Shown here piece by piece: positions 28,417 to 38,057 of a DNA stretch of 48,626 nucleotides; position 1 is the first letter of the stretch; each line of letters starts with the position of its first letter. The notes under the pieces were generated by a model. It was given only the letters and a program-made list of their open reading frames with translations, did not search any database and was not told the origin of the DNA. The DNA comes from Burkholderiales bacterium. GTDB taxonomy: Bacteria; Pseudomonadota; Gammaproteobacteria; Burkholderiales; Burkholderiaceae_C. The DNA lies in contig JBBQJN010000001.1 of NCBI GenBank assembly GCA_038325945.1, positions 1-48,626 of the forward strand, written 5' to 3'. The position numbers and the translations under genes are program-made.

Positions 28417-30459
28417 TCAGGGCAGTTCGGTGTTGGCTTGCTTGGCCGTGGCCTCGCGCGGGCCGATGCTGGCGCCCAGCCGGGGCCGCAGCGCCGCCGG
28501 CCTGCCCTTGTCGAGCAGCGCGCTGTAGATGGCGGCATTGGACAGCACCTTCTTGACATAGTCGCGGGTCTCGTTGAATGGGATGTTCTCGGCCCAGATC
28601 GCGGTTTCCAGCACCGGGCCCTCGCGCCAGCGGCGCGGACGTCCGGGGCCGGCGTTGTAGGCAGCGGCGGCCATGGCTTGTGAGCCGTCGAGGTCGTCAA
28701 GCACCATCTTCAGGTAGCTGGTGCCGAGCTTCAAGTTGGTGGTCGGGTCGGTGATCAGCGTCGGATCGCGCCAGTCCATGCCGATCTTCTTGGCCACCCA
28801 GCGGGCGGTGGCCGGCATCACCTGCATCAGGCCCGAGGCGCCGACATGCGAGCGAAGCTGCGGCATGAAGCGTGTCTCCTGACGGATCAGCCCGAACACC
28901 AGTGCCGGATCGAGCCCGGCGGCTGCGGCCGCCTGCATGATGTTGGTGGCAAACGGCATCGGGTAGCGCAGGCTGGTGTCGATCTCCTGCTTGCTGCGCT
29001 CGGCGGTATTGATGCACAGCTGCCAGTCCTGGCGATCACAGGCCAGGCGGGCGGCGGCCAGCAGCGCGCGGTCGTCCATGCCGCGCAGCGAGAAGTTCCA
29101 TTCGCGCCGCGCCTCGTCGCGCAGGCCCAGTTCAACCAGCAGCAGCGCGCGGCCCAGGCCGGGGTGGCCGGCCGCGGCTTCGCGTTCGGCCGTGCTCGGC
29201 GGCGCCGGCGTCGGCGGCAAGGCGGCGATGCGGCCCAGCTCTTCGGCCGCCAGCGCGCCGTAAAAGTGGGTGGCGCCGGCCAAACCCTCGAACAGGCTGC
29301 GGGCCTGCTCGCGATGGGCATCGCCTTCGGCCTCGCGGCGGGCGCTGGCCTGCAGCGCTCGACCCTTCCAGTAGACCCAGGCCGGGTCACGCTGTTCGGC
29401 CGCGCTCATCCAGCCGATCAACTGCAGCAGCTGCGGCCAGCGCTGCGCCGGTGCCGCGTTGCGCAGCGTGGCCCGCACGCCCCAGGCCAGGGTGTCGTCG
29501 CTCCAGTCGGGCTGGCGCGCCTCGTCGCCGCCGAGCAAGGCAACGGCGCGCTGGAAGCTCGCGCTGGCATCGGCAGACAAGCGAAAGGCCGCTTGCCTGC
29601 CGATGTAGGCCCAGGCCCAGGCGGCCTGGCTGGCGCTCAGCCTGATGGCGCGGTCGTCGAGGAAGCCGATCGCGGTCTCGGGCTCGCTTTGCGCCAGTCG
29701 CATCAAGGCCAGCACACGCAGCTCTTGCGCCGCGCGGTTGGCCGGCGCGCCACGCCGCAGGTAACGCGCCGGGTTGTCCACCGCCTCGGCCACCTCGCGG
29801 CCGGCGGCACTGCCCAGCAGGCCGATCGCCGCCTTGGCTGCGGCGGGGCGCTGCATCTCCAGCGCCAGCTTGGCCTTGCGGTAGACATCGTCGGTGCTCA
29901 GGCGCTTGGCCTCAAGCAGGCTGCCAGCCAACAGGTGGCAGCCCTCGTCCAGTTCGCGCTGGGCAAACCACAGGCTGCGCGCGGACTCGCTGACATCGCG
30001 GCCGGCCTGGTGCTCGGTGAGCAACCACCAGCAGCTGACCTCGCGGTCGTCGTTCATGCGAAAGCGCGGGTAGTCGCGGGCCAGCTCGGTCCAGGCGCGT
30101 CGGCGGCCCAGTTCCAGCAGCCAGTCGTTGCGCAGCCGGTCTTCAACGTAACTGCCCTGCCAACGCCGGTAGAAGGCCTCGATCTCATCGCCCTGGGCCT
30201 CGGCCAGACGGCTGCTGAGATCCCAGTACTCAACCCAGGGCGTCAGCGCATGCTGGCTGGCCTGCACTGCGGCGCGGGCGGCGGCCAGGCGGCTGCGGTC
30301 ACGTTTGCGCGCGGCTTCACGGGCCTCGAGCACGCTGCTGTCGAGCGGGTTGGCTTGGGCCTGGGCCTGCGCCGGGCCGGGCAGCAGCAAGGCGGTGCCG
30401 GCCAGCAACAGGGCAAAGAGGCCGTTTCGGCAAGCAAGCAGAGGGTCAGGGCCGGTCAT
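28417..30459 (-). CDS. slt: Soluble lytic murein transglycosylase (Slt70-like)
   Basis: Signal peptide, helical repeats, IRQET, GLMQ, AYNAG, IPFNETRDYV. Confidence 0.93.
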   Translation of the reverse strand: MTGPDPLLACRNGLFALLLAGTALLLPGPAQAQAQANPLDSSVLEAREAARKRDRSRLAAARAAVQASQHALTPWVEYWDLSSRLAEAQGDEIEAFYRRWQGSYVEDRLRNDWLLELGRRRAWTELARDYPRFRMNDDREVSCWWLLTEHQAGRDVSESARSLWFAQRELDEGCHLLAGSLLEAKRLSTDDVYRKAKLALEMQRPAAAKAAIGLLGSAAGREVAEAVDNPARYLRRGAPANRAAQELRVLALMRLAQSEPETAIGFLDDRAIRLSASQAAWAWAYIGRQAAFRLSADASASFQRAVALLGGDEARQPDWSDDTLAWGVRATLRNAAPAQRWPQLLQLIGWMSAAEQRDPAWVYWKGRALQASARREAEGDAHREQARSLFEGLAGATHFYGALAAEELGRIAALPPTPAPPSTAEREAAAGHPGLGRALLLVELGLRDEARREWNFSLRGMDDRALLAAARLACDRQDWQLCINTAERSKQEIDTSLRYPMPFATNIMQAAAAAGLDPALVFGLIRQETRFMPQLRSHVGASGLMQVMPATARWVAKKIGMDWRDPTLITDPTTNLKLGTSYLKMVLDDLDGSQAMAAAAYNAGPGRPRRWREGPVLETAIWAENIPFNETRDYVKKVLSNAAIYSALLDKGRPAALRPRLGASIGPREATAKQANTELP

Positions 30460-30594
30460 CAAAGGCGGTGGCTAACGGGACTTGGGGTGGCGGGGTGGCG
30501 AGACGAAGCCCGGCCGCTGGGTGAGCCGCCGGGGAAACGCGGAATCAATGTAACCCAGCAGTCCCGACCGCGCAGGCGCTCGCTCGGCGCTGGC

Positions 30595-31290
30595 TCAGCG
30601 GGTGCTGCGGTAGGGTTCTTCGAAGGGCAGAAAGTCGTGCTCGGCCAGCGCATCGTGCACCCAGGCGGCGACGCCGGGGCTGGCCCACAGGCGCTCGATG
30701 TAGGCCGCGATGTCGGGCGGCACTGGCAATGCGTAGCTGCGCAGCCGCGCCGCCACTGGTGCGTAATAGGCGTCAACGATGCCGAAGCCGCCAAACAGGA
30801 AAGGGCCGCCGCTGTCGGCCAGTGCGGCCTGCCACATCGCCACGATGCGCGCCAGGTCGACTGCCAGCGCCGGCTGCTCAGCCAACAGCCGGGCGCCCAC
30901 GGCGGGCAGTGAGGCCTCGATGTTCATCGGGCAGGCCGTGCGCAGCGCGGCAAATCCGGCATGCATTTCGGCGCACAGGCAACGTGCGCGGGCGCGGTCA
31001 ACCTGGTCACGCGGCCACAGCGCGTGCTCGGGGAAATTTTCGTCGGCGTACTCGGCCAAATACTCGGCGATGGCCAGCGTGTCCCAGACCACCAGGTCAC
31101 CGTGCTGCAGTAGCGGCACCTTGCCGGTGGGTGCCAGCTGGAGCGCCGCCTGTTTGAAGGCCGAGCCGGCGCTGAAGCTGTCGAAGCGCAGCATCACTTG
31201 CTGGAACGGGATGCCAAAGTGCCGCAACAGCACCCAGGGCCGCATCGACCAGGACGAGTAATTCTTGTTGCCAATGAAGAGCTTGAGCAT
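30595..31290 (-). CDS. Glutathione S-transferase family protein
   Basis: GNKNYSSWSMRPW, GKVP, WDTLAI.EY, AEMHAGF. Confidence 0.93.
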   Translation of the reverse strand: MLKLFIGNKNYSSWSMRPWVLLRHFGIPFQQVMLRFDSFSAGSAFKQAALQLAPTGKVPLLQHGDLVVWDTLAIAEYLAEYADENFPEHALWPRDQVDRARARCLCAEMHAGFAALRTACPMNIEASLPAVGARLLAEQPALAVDLARIVAMWQAALADSGGPFLFGGFGIVDAYYAPVAARLRSYALPVPPDIAAYIERLWASPGVAAWVHDALAEHDFLPFEEPYRSTR

Positions 31291-31395
31291 GGCGCAACCT
31301 TCTTTGCAGGGTCGTCATTAGGCCAGACGGCGCGAGGCGGGCAACGGCTTGGCCCAATCCGGGTGCTGCAACGGCCGCTGGCTCAGCCAGTTGGC

Positions 31396-31815
31396 TTAGC
31401 CCGTCGGTTTGCGGCGGGCCTTGGTGGCAGGCGTCTTGACCTGGGTGGCGCGGGCCTGACGCGGTTTGGCCGGCCGCTTGGCGGCGGCCGCACGCAGCGC
31501 CGAGTCGATCGCCAGCCGGGCCCAGGGCAGCATCTGCGCTGGCGACTCCAAGGCGTCGCTCGGTGCGCTCCAGTAGGCCATCACGGCCTGGCGACCCCCG
31601 GCCATCTGGAAGCTGAACGGCTGGCAGCCGGCAGCGACAAAAGCTGGTTGCGCCAGCGCGTCGGCCTTCAGGTACAGGCCCTCGTCGGCGATCAGCGCAA
31701 TGAACAATTCGTCAACATAGATGCCGTGGCCACCGAACATGCGCCGTGATCGCGGCCGGCCCAGCGGCGCCAGCAGTTCAAGGCACAAGGGGACCAGCGG
31801 CAACTCGGGCTTCAT
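31396..31815 (-). CDS. TfoX N-terminal domain protein
   Basis: RRMFGGHGIY....FIALI....LYLK, PFSF, MAYW. Confidence 0.88.
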   Translation of the reverse strand: MKPELPLVPLCLELLAPLGRPRSRRMFGGHGIYVDELFIALIADEGLYLKADALAQPAFVAAGCQPFSFQMAGGRQAVMAYWSAPSDALESPAQMLPWARLAIDSALRAAAAKRPAKPRQARATQVKTPATKARRKPTG

Positions 31816-31899
31816 GGCGCAAAGTTTAGCCTGCGTCGCCACGCCTGCATTGGCGCACCCGAATTGCCGTGCGGCAGGGGCTGGCCGACAATCGCTGCC

Positions 31900-32496
31900 A
31901 TGAGCTCCACCTACCGCTACAGCTTTGAACCCTCGCGTGACAAAAAGGTGCTGCGCAAGCAATTGCAGGCCGAGCGGCAGGCGATGGTTGATCGCCACCA
32001 GCGCTCGGTGCATCTGCAAGAGGTGCTGCGGGTCTTTCTGGTCTCGCGCAGCGAGAGCTCGATCGGCGCTTACTGGCCGATCAAGGGCGAGTTTGATGCG
32101 CTGCCGGCGCTGTACCGCTGGACCGAGGGCGAGGATTTCCGCAACATCGGCCTGCCGGTGATCGACCGTCTCACCAAGCAACTGCGCTTCCATGTCTGGT
32201 TTCCGGGCTGCCCGATGGAGGAAGACGCCTACGGCATCCCCAAGCCCAAGGACACTCAGGAGTTCGAGCCCGAAATGCTGCTGGTGCCCTGCGTCGGTTA
32301 TGGCCCGGACGGCACCCGCCTGGGCTACGGCGGCGGCTTTTATGACCGCACGCTGGCGGCGCTGAGCCCGCGCCCTTTCACCGTGGGGCTGGCCTATGGC
32401 CATGGCTACATCCCCTGGCTGGAGGCCGAGCCGCACGATGTGCCGCTGGACGCCATCCTCAACGAGGACGGCGTGGTCTGGCAGCGGTCGGATTGA
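31900..32496 (+). CDS. ygfA: 5-formyltetrahydrofolate cyclo-ligase
   Basis: YWPIKGE, LLVPCVG, RLGYGGGFYDR, EPHDVPLD. Confidence 0.95.
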   Translation: MSSTYRYSFEPSRDKKVLRKQLQAERQAMVDRHQRSVHLQEVLRVFLVSRSESSIGAYWPIKGEFDALPALYRWTEGEDFRNIGLPVIDRLTKQLRFHVWFPGCPMEEDAYGIPKPKDTQEFEPEMLLVPCVGYGPDGTRLGYGGGFYDRTLAALSPRPFTVGLAYGHGYIPWLEAEPHDVPLDAILNEDGVVWQRSD

Positions 32497-32537
32497 CGAC
32501 CTGCGCTGAGTGCCAGCGCGCTCGCCAGCGGCCGCGT

Positions 32538-34130
32538 TCAGGCGGTCTGATTGATGCGCTCGGCGCCGCGCTCGGCCAGTGCGGCAATGGTCTTGGATGG
32601 GTTGAGCCCGATCGCCCGTGGCAGCGTGGCACCGTCCATCACGTAGAGGCCCGGATAGCCGAAGACCTGGCCGTAGCCATCGACCACGCCGCGTTCGGTG
32701 TCGTCGGCCATGTTGCAGCCGCCCAGCGGATGCGGTGTGACCAGGTTCTTGGCCAGCGTCCAGGTCGGCGGCACAAAGGCCTTGCCACCGGTGGCCTCGC
32801 TGAGTTGAACATGGGCCTCGACCATGGCGTTGACGGCCGACTCGCTGCCGCGGTAATCCCAGTTCATCTTGAGCGTGCGCCGCCAGGGCATGTACCAGAG
32901 GCGGCCGAGGTAGAGCTCGCCGTCGGCGGCGTCCACCGCCTGGCCAAACCAGGGCATCATGCCCGACAACGGGTCTTGCGCATTGGCATGCTGGCCCAGG
33001 CCTTCAAACAGCTTGCGCAGCTTGCCGCCGGGCAGTTGCAGCAAGCGCTGGCGGATGAACTCGCCGGCCAGGTTGGGCACACCGCCGTCCTCGATGAACA
33101 GCGCCTCGCCCTTGAAGTGGCCGTCGAGCAGGTCGATCGCGCTGGAGATGGTGGGGCCATGCGAGGGCGAGACCTTGCGGTCACTGTAGAAGGCCGGGGT
33201 GACAAAGTCGCCATTGAAGGCCCAGCCCTTGCCCAGCCGGCCTGACAGCCTGGGCAGGGTCTTGAACTCATCGCGGCTGCGCAGCAGCAGTTCGGTGCTG
33301 CCGATCGAGCCGGCGGCCAGGATTACCCTGCGGGCGGTGACGCTGCCACGGTTGCGCTGGCCGCCGTCGAGGCGGTCGTAGTGAACACGGTAGCCCGCAC
33401 CGTCGGCCAGCGGTTCAACCATCATCGCCAGGTGCAGCGCCCGGATCTGCGCACCGCGCTGCTCGGCCACCGCCAGGTAGTTGAGGTCGAGCGTGTTCTT
33501 GGCTTTGACCTGGCAGCCGATGTCGCAATTGCCGCAGTGCACGCAGGTGCCTTGCTGCATGCCATGGGCGTTGATCCAGGGCTTGCTGTGGCTGTCGGCG
33601 CGGGCCGGCGCGCGCTCGGGGTCGAAATCGGGATCGAAGGTTATCGCCAGCGGCACCTTGTGAAAGCGCGATCCCCAGCCCAGTTTCTCGGCGCCTTCTT
33701 GCATCAGCTTGTAGCGCGCGGTGAGTTGGTTGTCGGGCAACGGCGCCAGACCCAGCATCTGGCCGACGCGGTCGTAGTAAGGCTTGAGCGTGGCGAGGTT
33801 GATGCCCTGCGGCCAGCGCCGGTCAAAGACCTCGGCCTTGGCGTCGACCGAGACATTGGCGTAGATCAACGAGCCGCCGCCCACGCCCGCACCGGCAGCC
33901 ACCCACATGTCGGAGAAGGTGCGCAGATCGGCCCAGCCGTTGAACAAGTGTGGCTGGTCCTGGTTCCACAGCCAGTCGTCATCAGCGTCGCGCGGGTAGG
34001 TTTGCGGCGTCCAGCGCCGGCCCCGCTCGAGCACCAGCACGCGCTGGCCGGCCTCGGCCAGTCGGCAGGCCGACACGGCACCGCCAAATCCGCTGCCGAT
34101 GATCACCACGTCGTGGTCAAGCTGTGCCAT
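32538..34130 (-). CDS. GMC-family FAD oxidoreductase, cholesterol-oxidase-like
   Basis: IGSGFGG, VLERG, GVGGGSLIYAN, CVHCGNCDIGC, KNTLD.NYL, AAGSIGS, HPLGG, GLNPS.TI.ALAER. Confidence 0.9.
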   Translation of the reverse strand: MAQLDHDVVIIGSGFGGAVSACRLAEAGQRVLVLERGRRWTPQTYPRDADDDWLWNQDQPHLFNGWADLRTFSDMWVAAGAGVGGGSLIYANVSVDAKAEVFDRRWPQGINLATLKPYYDRVGQMLGLAPLPDNQLTARYKLMQEGAEKLGWGSRFHKVPLAITFDPDFDPERAPARADSHSKPWINAHGMQQGTCVHCGNCDIGCQVKAKNTLDLNYLAVAEQRGAQIRALHLAMMVEPLADGAGYRVHYDRLDGGQRNRGSVTARRVILAAGSIGSTELLLRSRDEFKTLPRLSGRLGKGWAFNGDFVTPAFYSDRKVSPSHGPTISSAIDLLDGHFKGEALFIEDGGVPNLAGEFIRQRLLQLPGGKLRKLFEGLGQHANAQDPLSGMMPWFGQAVDAADGELYLGRLWYMPWRRTLKMNWDYRGSESAVNAMVEAHVQLSEATGGKAFVPPTWTLAKNLVTPHPLGGCNMADDTERGVVDGYGQVFGYPGLYVMDGATLPRAIGLNPSKTIAALAERGAERINQTA

Positions 34131-34200
34131 GGGGAGTGCTCTTTCTCTGGGTCGGTCTGCTGGGTGGGCTGCTTGCGGGCGGCAAGGCAGGCGGGCGCGG

Positions 34201-34815
34201 TCAGTCGTCGGGTTTGTTCAGCACATAGGTGCGGGTGAGTTCGCGGCTGAAGAAGCCGAAAAACTTGGCCTTGGCGCTGGCTGACTCCATGAAGCTGTCG
34301 CTGTCGGTGGCCTCCAGTGTGCCGAGCAGCTTGAACAGATCAACCATGCCCAGCGACAACACGCCGGCGCCGACCACCGGGCCCGAGGCATCGGCGCCCT
34401 GATGCAAGGTGGTGAACAGCGTAGTGGTCTCGCCCCACAGCCGCAGCGGGCTGCCCAGCTTGACATGCTTCTTGCCGGCCAGGTACCAGCGCTTGCCGGC
34501 ATGCAGGAAGCCCAGCTCATAGACCATGTAGGTCAGCTCGGGCTGGCCACTGGGGCTGAACAGGCCGAACACGCCGCGGTCAGCGTCCATCGCCATGCCC
34601 ATGGGCGCGAAATCGATCTTGCCGTTGAGATCGGCCTTGTGCTCGGGGTCGGCAATGAAGGCGTCGATGTCGTGGATGCGGATGGTGGCGTGCATCGCCA
34701 ACTGGTCGCGGCCCTTGGCGCCGGCGGCCGGGTCGGTGGTGCCGAGCGCGAAGCCGCCGGCCATGGTCTCGCGGAAGGTGATGCCGGTGTGGTCGTCTTT
34801 GACGAATGCGGGCAT
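34201..34815 (-). CDS. Hypothetical protein resembling the middle domain of cholesterol-oxidase/hydrolase fusion proteins
   Basis: GITFRETMAG...YLAGKK...LWGETTTLF...GAGVL; SD AGGAG; lies between the hydrolase and GMC genes. Confidence 0.65.
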   Translation of the reverse strand: MPAFVKDDHTGITFRETMAGGFALGTTDPAAGAKGRDQLAMHATIRIHDIDAFIADPEHKADLNGKIDFAPMGMAMDADRGVFGLFSPSGQPELTYMVYELGFLHAGKRWYLAGKKHVKLGSPLRLWGETTTLFTTLHQGADASGPVVGAGVLSLGMVDLFKLLGTLEATDSDSFMESASAKAKFFGFFSRELTRTYVLNKPDD

Positions 34816-34847
34816 GGGGGTCTCCTGGGCTGGTGGCTGCTGCGGCC

Positions 34848-35876
34848 TCACTGCAAGGCCGCGAGCATCGTCGGAAAGGTGTCGCGCGCGGCGTGCTGGC
34901 CGAGAAAGACATCGAGGTGACCATAGTCGTCAAACACATGGAAGCTGTGGCGGCCGGGTTGGTGCTGCTCAAACCAGGCATGGCTGCTTTGTTGGCTTTG
35001 CCACTGAAAGCAGTCGTTGCGGCGCCCGGCAACAAAGCTGAAGCGGGCCTGGGTGCGTGGCGCCGCCGCTGCATAGTCGGCTGGCAGCCCCGGCAGCGCC
35101 TCCTGGCGCAGCAGACGGCCGGCGGCGATGCAGCGGCCGATCTGGCGGAAGAAGCTCAGCGGCACAGCGGCAAACTCATCGCTGAGCCAGTCATGCGTTG
35201 CCGGGTTCAGGTTCTCGTGCCGCCACAGCACCGGAAAACCGGTGCCATAGGTGAAACTGGCGAAACGGCAGACGCCATTGCTGCACTCGTGGTGGGTGAG
35301 CCGCACCAAGGCCGCCAGGCTGCGTGCGGCCCAGCGGTCGGCGCCGTCGCCACGGCCCTCGCCCCACATCGGGTTGAGGCGGTCGGTCATCAGGCCGACC
35401 AGCGGCACCGCGTAGCGGCTCTTCAGGCGCGAGAGGGTGCTGACCTGCGGGTGCAGCGATACCGCATTGCTGACGATCACATCGACCTGCGGCAGCAGCC
35501 CGCAGACCGCCGACATCGTGAAGCTGGTCGAGCCCTGGCAGTGGATCACTGCCTTCAGGCTGCTGGCGCCGGTTTCCGCCAGCACCTTGGCCACCGCCGA
35601 AGGATGGTCGTAGAGCGCGGCCTGGTCCAGCGTCCAGTGGCACATCGGCAGGTCGATGCTGGCGCGCCAGTTCTCCAGCCAGACGTCGTGCCCGGCATCG
35701 AGCAGGGCATCGACAAAGCTGTGCTGCACCGGCGGGCGGAAGATGTTGGCCCGCACGCCGGCGCCATGGACCAGCAGCACCGGGCCCTTGTCGGGCGCGC
35801 GCCTGCCCCGCACCTGAATCAGGTTCAGCGCCCGGCCGTCACCGGCCGCAAACGGAACCACTCGATCTGCCGCCAT
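34848..35876 (-). CDS. Alpha/beta-hydrolase with Cys at the nucleophile elbow
   Basis: VLLVHG, DVWLENWR, IHCQGS, AGRRND, YGHLDVF. Confidence 0.85.
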   Translation of the reverse strand: MAADRVVPFAAGDGRALNLIQVRGRRAPDKGPVLLVHGAGVRANIFRPPVQHSFVDALLDAGHDVWLENWRASIDLPMCHWTLDQAALYDHPSAVAKVLAETGASSLKAVIHCQGSTSFTMSAVCGLLPQVDVIVSNAVSLHPQVSTLSRLKSRYAVPLVGLMTDRLNPMWGEGRGDGADRWAARSLAALVRLTHHECSNGVCRFASFTYGTGFPVLWRHENLNPATHDWLSDEFAAVPLSFFRQIGRCIAAGRLLRQEALPGLPADYAAAAPRTQARFSFVAGRRNDCFQWQSQQSSHAWFEQHQPGRHSFHVFDDYGHLDVFLGQHAARDTFPTMLAALQ

Positions 35877-35989
35877 CTGCTGTGTCCATAGGTGGATGTC
35901 GAATCATTGTCATGGCGCAAGAGGGCGATCAGCCCTGCTTGTGCCGCCGACCCCCCCAAGCTGAAGTTCAGCCCAGCACGACAAGGGTT

Positions 35990-36015
35990 GATTGACGTTT
36001 ACGTAAACGTCAATC
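35990..36015. promoter_or_regulatory. Perfect 26-bp palindrome; probable LiuR (MerR-family) operator within the mccB promoter
   Basis: GATTGACGTTTAC|GTAAACGTCAATC; contains -35 TTGACG and is followed directly by GATAAT; upstream of a leucine catabolism gene. Confidence 0.8.
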
Positions 36016-36089
36016 GATAATGCCCGCTTAGGCGACAGAGCCCGCTTGCTAAGCTGGGGTCTTTCAGAACATCCGATTCCGGAGACGGC

Positions 36090-37712
36090 ATGGCCCACCT
36101 GCAGAGCAAGCTCAATCCCCGCGCGCAAACATTTCGCGACAACGCGACAGCGATGCGCGCGCTGGTCGACGACCTCAATGCCAAGCTGGCACGCATTGCC
36201 GAGGGCGGCGGCGCTGCGGCGCGTGCCAAGCACCTGGGCCGTGGCAAGCTGCTGCCACGTGAGCGGGTTGAGCGGCTGCTTGATCCGGATACGCCGTTTC
36301 TGGAGATCGCGCCGCTGGCCGCGCTCGGCCTCTACCCCGAGAAAGACGGCAGTGACGCAGCGCCCTGCGCTGGCCTGATCGCCGGCATCGGCCGCGTTGC
36401 CGGTATCGAGTGCCTGATCGTCTGCAACGACGCCACCGTCAAGGGCGGCACCTACTACCCGTTGACGGTCAAGAAGCACTTGCGGGCGCAGGAGATCGCG
36501 GCGCAGAACCACCTGCCCTGCATCTACCTGGTCGATTCGGGCGGCGCCAATCTGCCCAACCAGGACGAGGTGTTTCCGGACCGCGACCATTTCGGCCGCA
36601 TCTTCTACAACCAGGCCAACCTGTCGGGCGCCGGCATCCCACAGATCGCGGTGGTGATGGGCAGCTGCACCGCCGGCGGCGCCTATGTGCCGGCGATGAG
36701 CGACGAGACCATCATCGTCAAGGAGCAGGGCACCATCTTTCTGGGCGGACCGCCGCTGGTGAAAGCGGCCACCGGCGAGGTGGTCAGCGCCGAGGACCTG
36801 GGCGGCGGCGATGTGCACACGCGCTTGTCGGGCGTGGCCGACCATCTGGCTGAAAACGACCTGCATGCGTTGGCGCTGGCGCGACAGGCGGTGAGCCGGC
36901 TCAACCGCATCAAACCGCAGCCGCTGGCGCTGCAGCCGAGCATGTCGCCGCGCTTTGCGCCGGCAGAACTGCACGGCGTGATCCCCACCGATACGCGCAA
37001 GCCCTTTGACGTGCGCGAGGTCATCGCCCGCGTTGTCGACGACAGCGTCTTCGACGAGTTCAAGTCGCGCTACGGCGCCACCCTGGTCTGCGGCTTCGCC
37101 CACATCGAGGGCCTGCCGGTGGGCATCGTCGCCAATAACGGCATCCTGTTCGCCGAGAGCGCCAACAAGGGCGCGCACTTCATTGAGCTGTGCTGCCAGC
37201 GCAAGATCCCGCTGGTTTTTTTGCAGAACATCACCGGCTTCATGGTCGGCCGCAAGTACGAGGCCGAGGGCATCGCCCGTGCCGGCGCCAAGATGGTCAC
37301 CGCCGTGGCCTGCGCCGCAGTGCCCAAGTTCACGGTGATCATCGGCGGCAGTTTTGGCGCCGGCAATTACGGCATGTGCGGCCGGGCTTATTCGCCGCGC
37401 TTCCTGTGGATGTGGCCCAACGCGCGCATCAGCGTGATGGGCGGCGAGCAGGCCGCCAGCGTGCTGGCCACGGTGCGGCGCGATGGCATCGAGGGCCGTG
37501 GCGGCAACTGGAGCGCTGAGGAGGAGGCGGCCTTCAAGGCGCCGATCCTGGCCCAGTACGAAGCCCAGGGTCATCCTTACTTCGCCAGTGCCAGGCTGTG
37601 GGACGACGGCGTGATCGACCCGGCCGATACCCGGCGCGTGCTGGCGCTGGGCTTGAGCGCCAGCCTGAACGCGCCGATTCCTGAGACCCGCTTTGGCGTT
37701 TTCCGGATGTGA
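36090..37712 (+). CDS. mccB: 3-methylcrotonyl-CoA carboxylase beta (carboxyltransferase) subunit
   Basis: [44 protein letters not shown]-terminus FGVFRM. Confidence 0.96.
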   Translation: MAHLQSKLNPRAQTFRDNATAMRALVDDLNAKLARIAEGGGAAARAKHLGRGKLLPRERVERLLDPDTPFLEIAPLAALGLYPEKDGSDAAPCAGLIAGIGRVAGIECLIVCNDATVKGGTYYPLTVKKHLRAQEIAAQNHLPCIYLVDSGGANLPNQDEVFPDRDHFGRIFYNQANLSGAGIPQIAVVMGSCTAGGAYVPAMSDETIIVKEQGTIFLGGPPLVKAATGEVVSAEDLGGGDVHTRLSGVADHLAENDLHALALARQAVSRLNRIKPQPLALQPSMSPRFAPAELHGVIPTDTRKPFDVREVIARVVDDSVFDEFKSRYGATLVCGFAHIEGLPVGIVANNGILFAESANKGAHFIELCCQRKIPLVFLQNITGFMVGRKYEAEGIARAGAKMVTAVACAAVPKFTVIIGGSFGAGNYGMCGRAYSPRFLWMWPNARISVMGGEQAASVLATVRRDGIEGRGGNWSAEEEAAFKAPILAQYEAQGHPYFASARLWDDGVIDPADTRRVLALGLSASLNAPIPETRFGVFRM

Positions 37713-37719
37713 GGTAGAG

Positions 37720-37747
37720 TGTGTATGAAATAGTATAGTCATACACA
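37720..37747. promoter_or_regulatory. Inverted repeat flanking a -10-like hexamer; probable VapBC autoregulatory operator/promoter
   Basis: TGTGTATGA-N10-TCATACACA with TATAGT at 37734-37739, directly upstream of the antitoxin. Confidence 0.7.
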
Positions 37748-37787
37748 TCACACGCATCACACGCATCACACGCATCACACACACACC
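37746..37787. repeat. 9-bp unit CATCACACG x3.9 plus CA run in the vapB leader
   Basis: Copies at 37746, 37755, 37764, 37773. Confidence 0.9.
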
Positions 37788-38057
37788 ATGCGCACCAACA
37801 TCGTGATTGATCCAGCCCTGCTTGAAGCCGCCATGAAGGCCGGGCCCTACACGACCAAGAAGGACGCTGTCGAGGCCGGTTTGGCGTTGTTGGCCCGGCA
37901 GGCGGCCTACCGCGAGGTGTTGAAGTGGCGCGGCAAGCTGCATTGGGAAGGCGACGAATCGATCGACTGGACCCGGCCACCTGAGCCGCAGGCGCAGCGT
38001 GGCACCCCGCCGCAGGCGCAAGACAGCGCGCCGGAGGGCCGCCGTGCTCGTCGTTGA
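37788..38057 (+). CDS. vapB: Type II toxin-antitoxin VapB antitoxin (RHH-like)
   Basis: MRTNIVID..LL.......TKKDAVE.GL..L....L..RGKL.WEGD; overlaps the PIN gene. Confidence 0.9.
   Translation: MRTNIVIDPALLEAAMKAGPYTTKKDAVEAGLALLARQAAYREVLKWRGKLHWEGDESIDWTRPPEPQAQRGTPPQAQDSAPEGRRARR

Noticed and set aside
31816-31899. 6S RNA (ssrS) upstream of ygfA
   Set aside because: Only 84 bp are available, too short for 6S RNA, and no long hairpin is visible.
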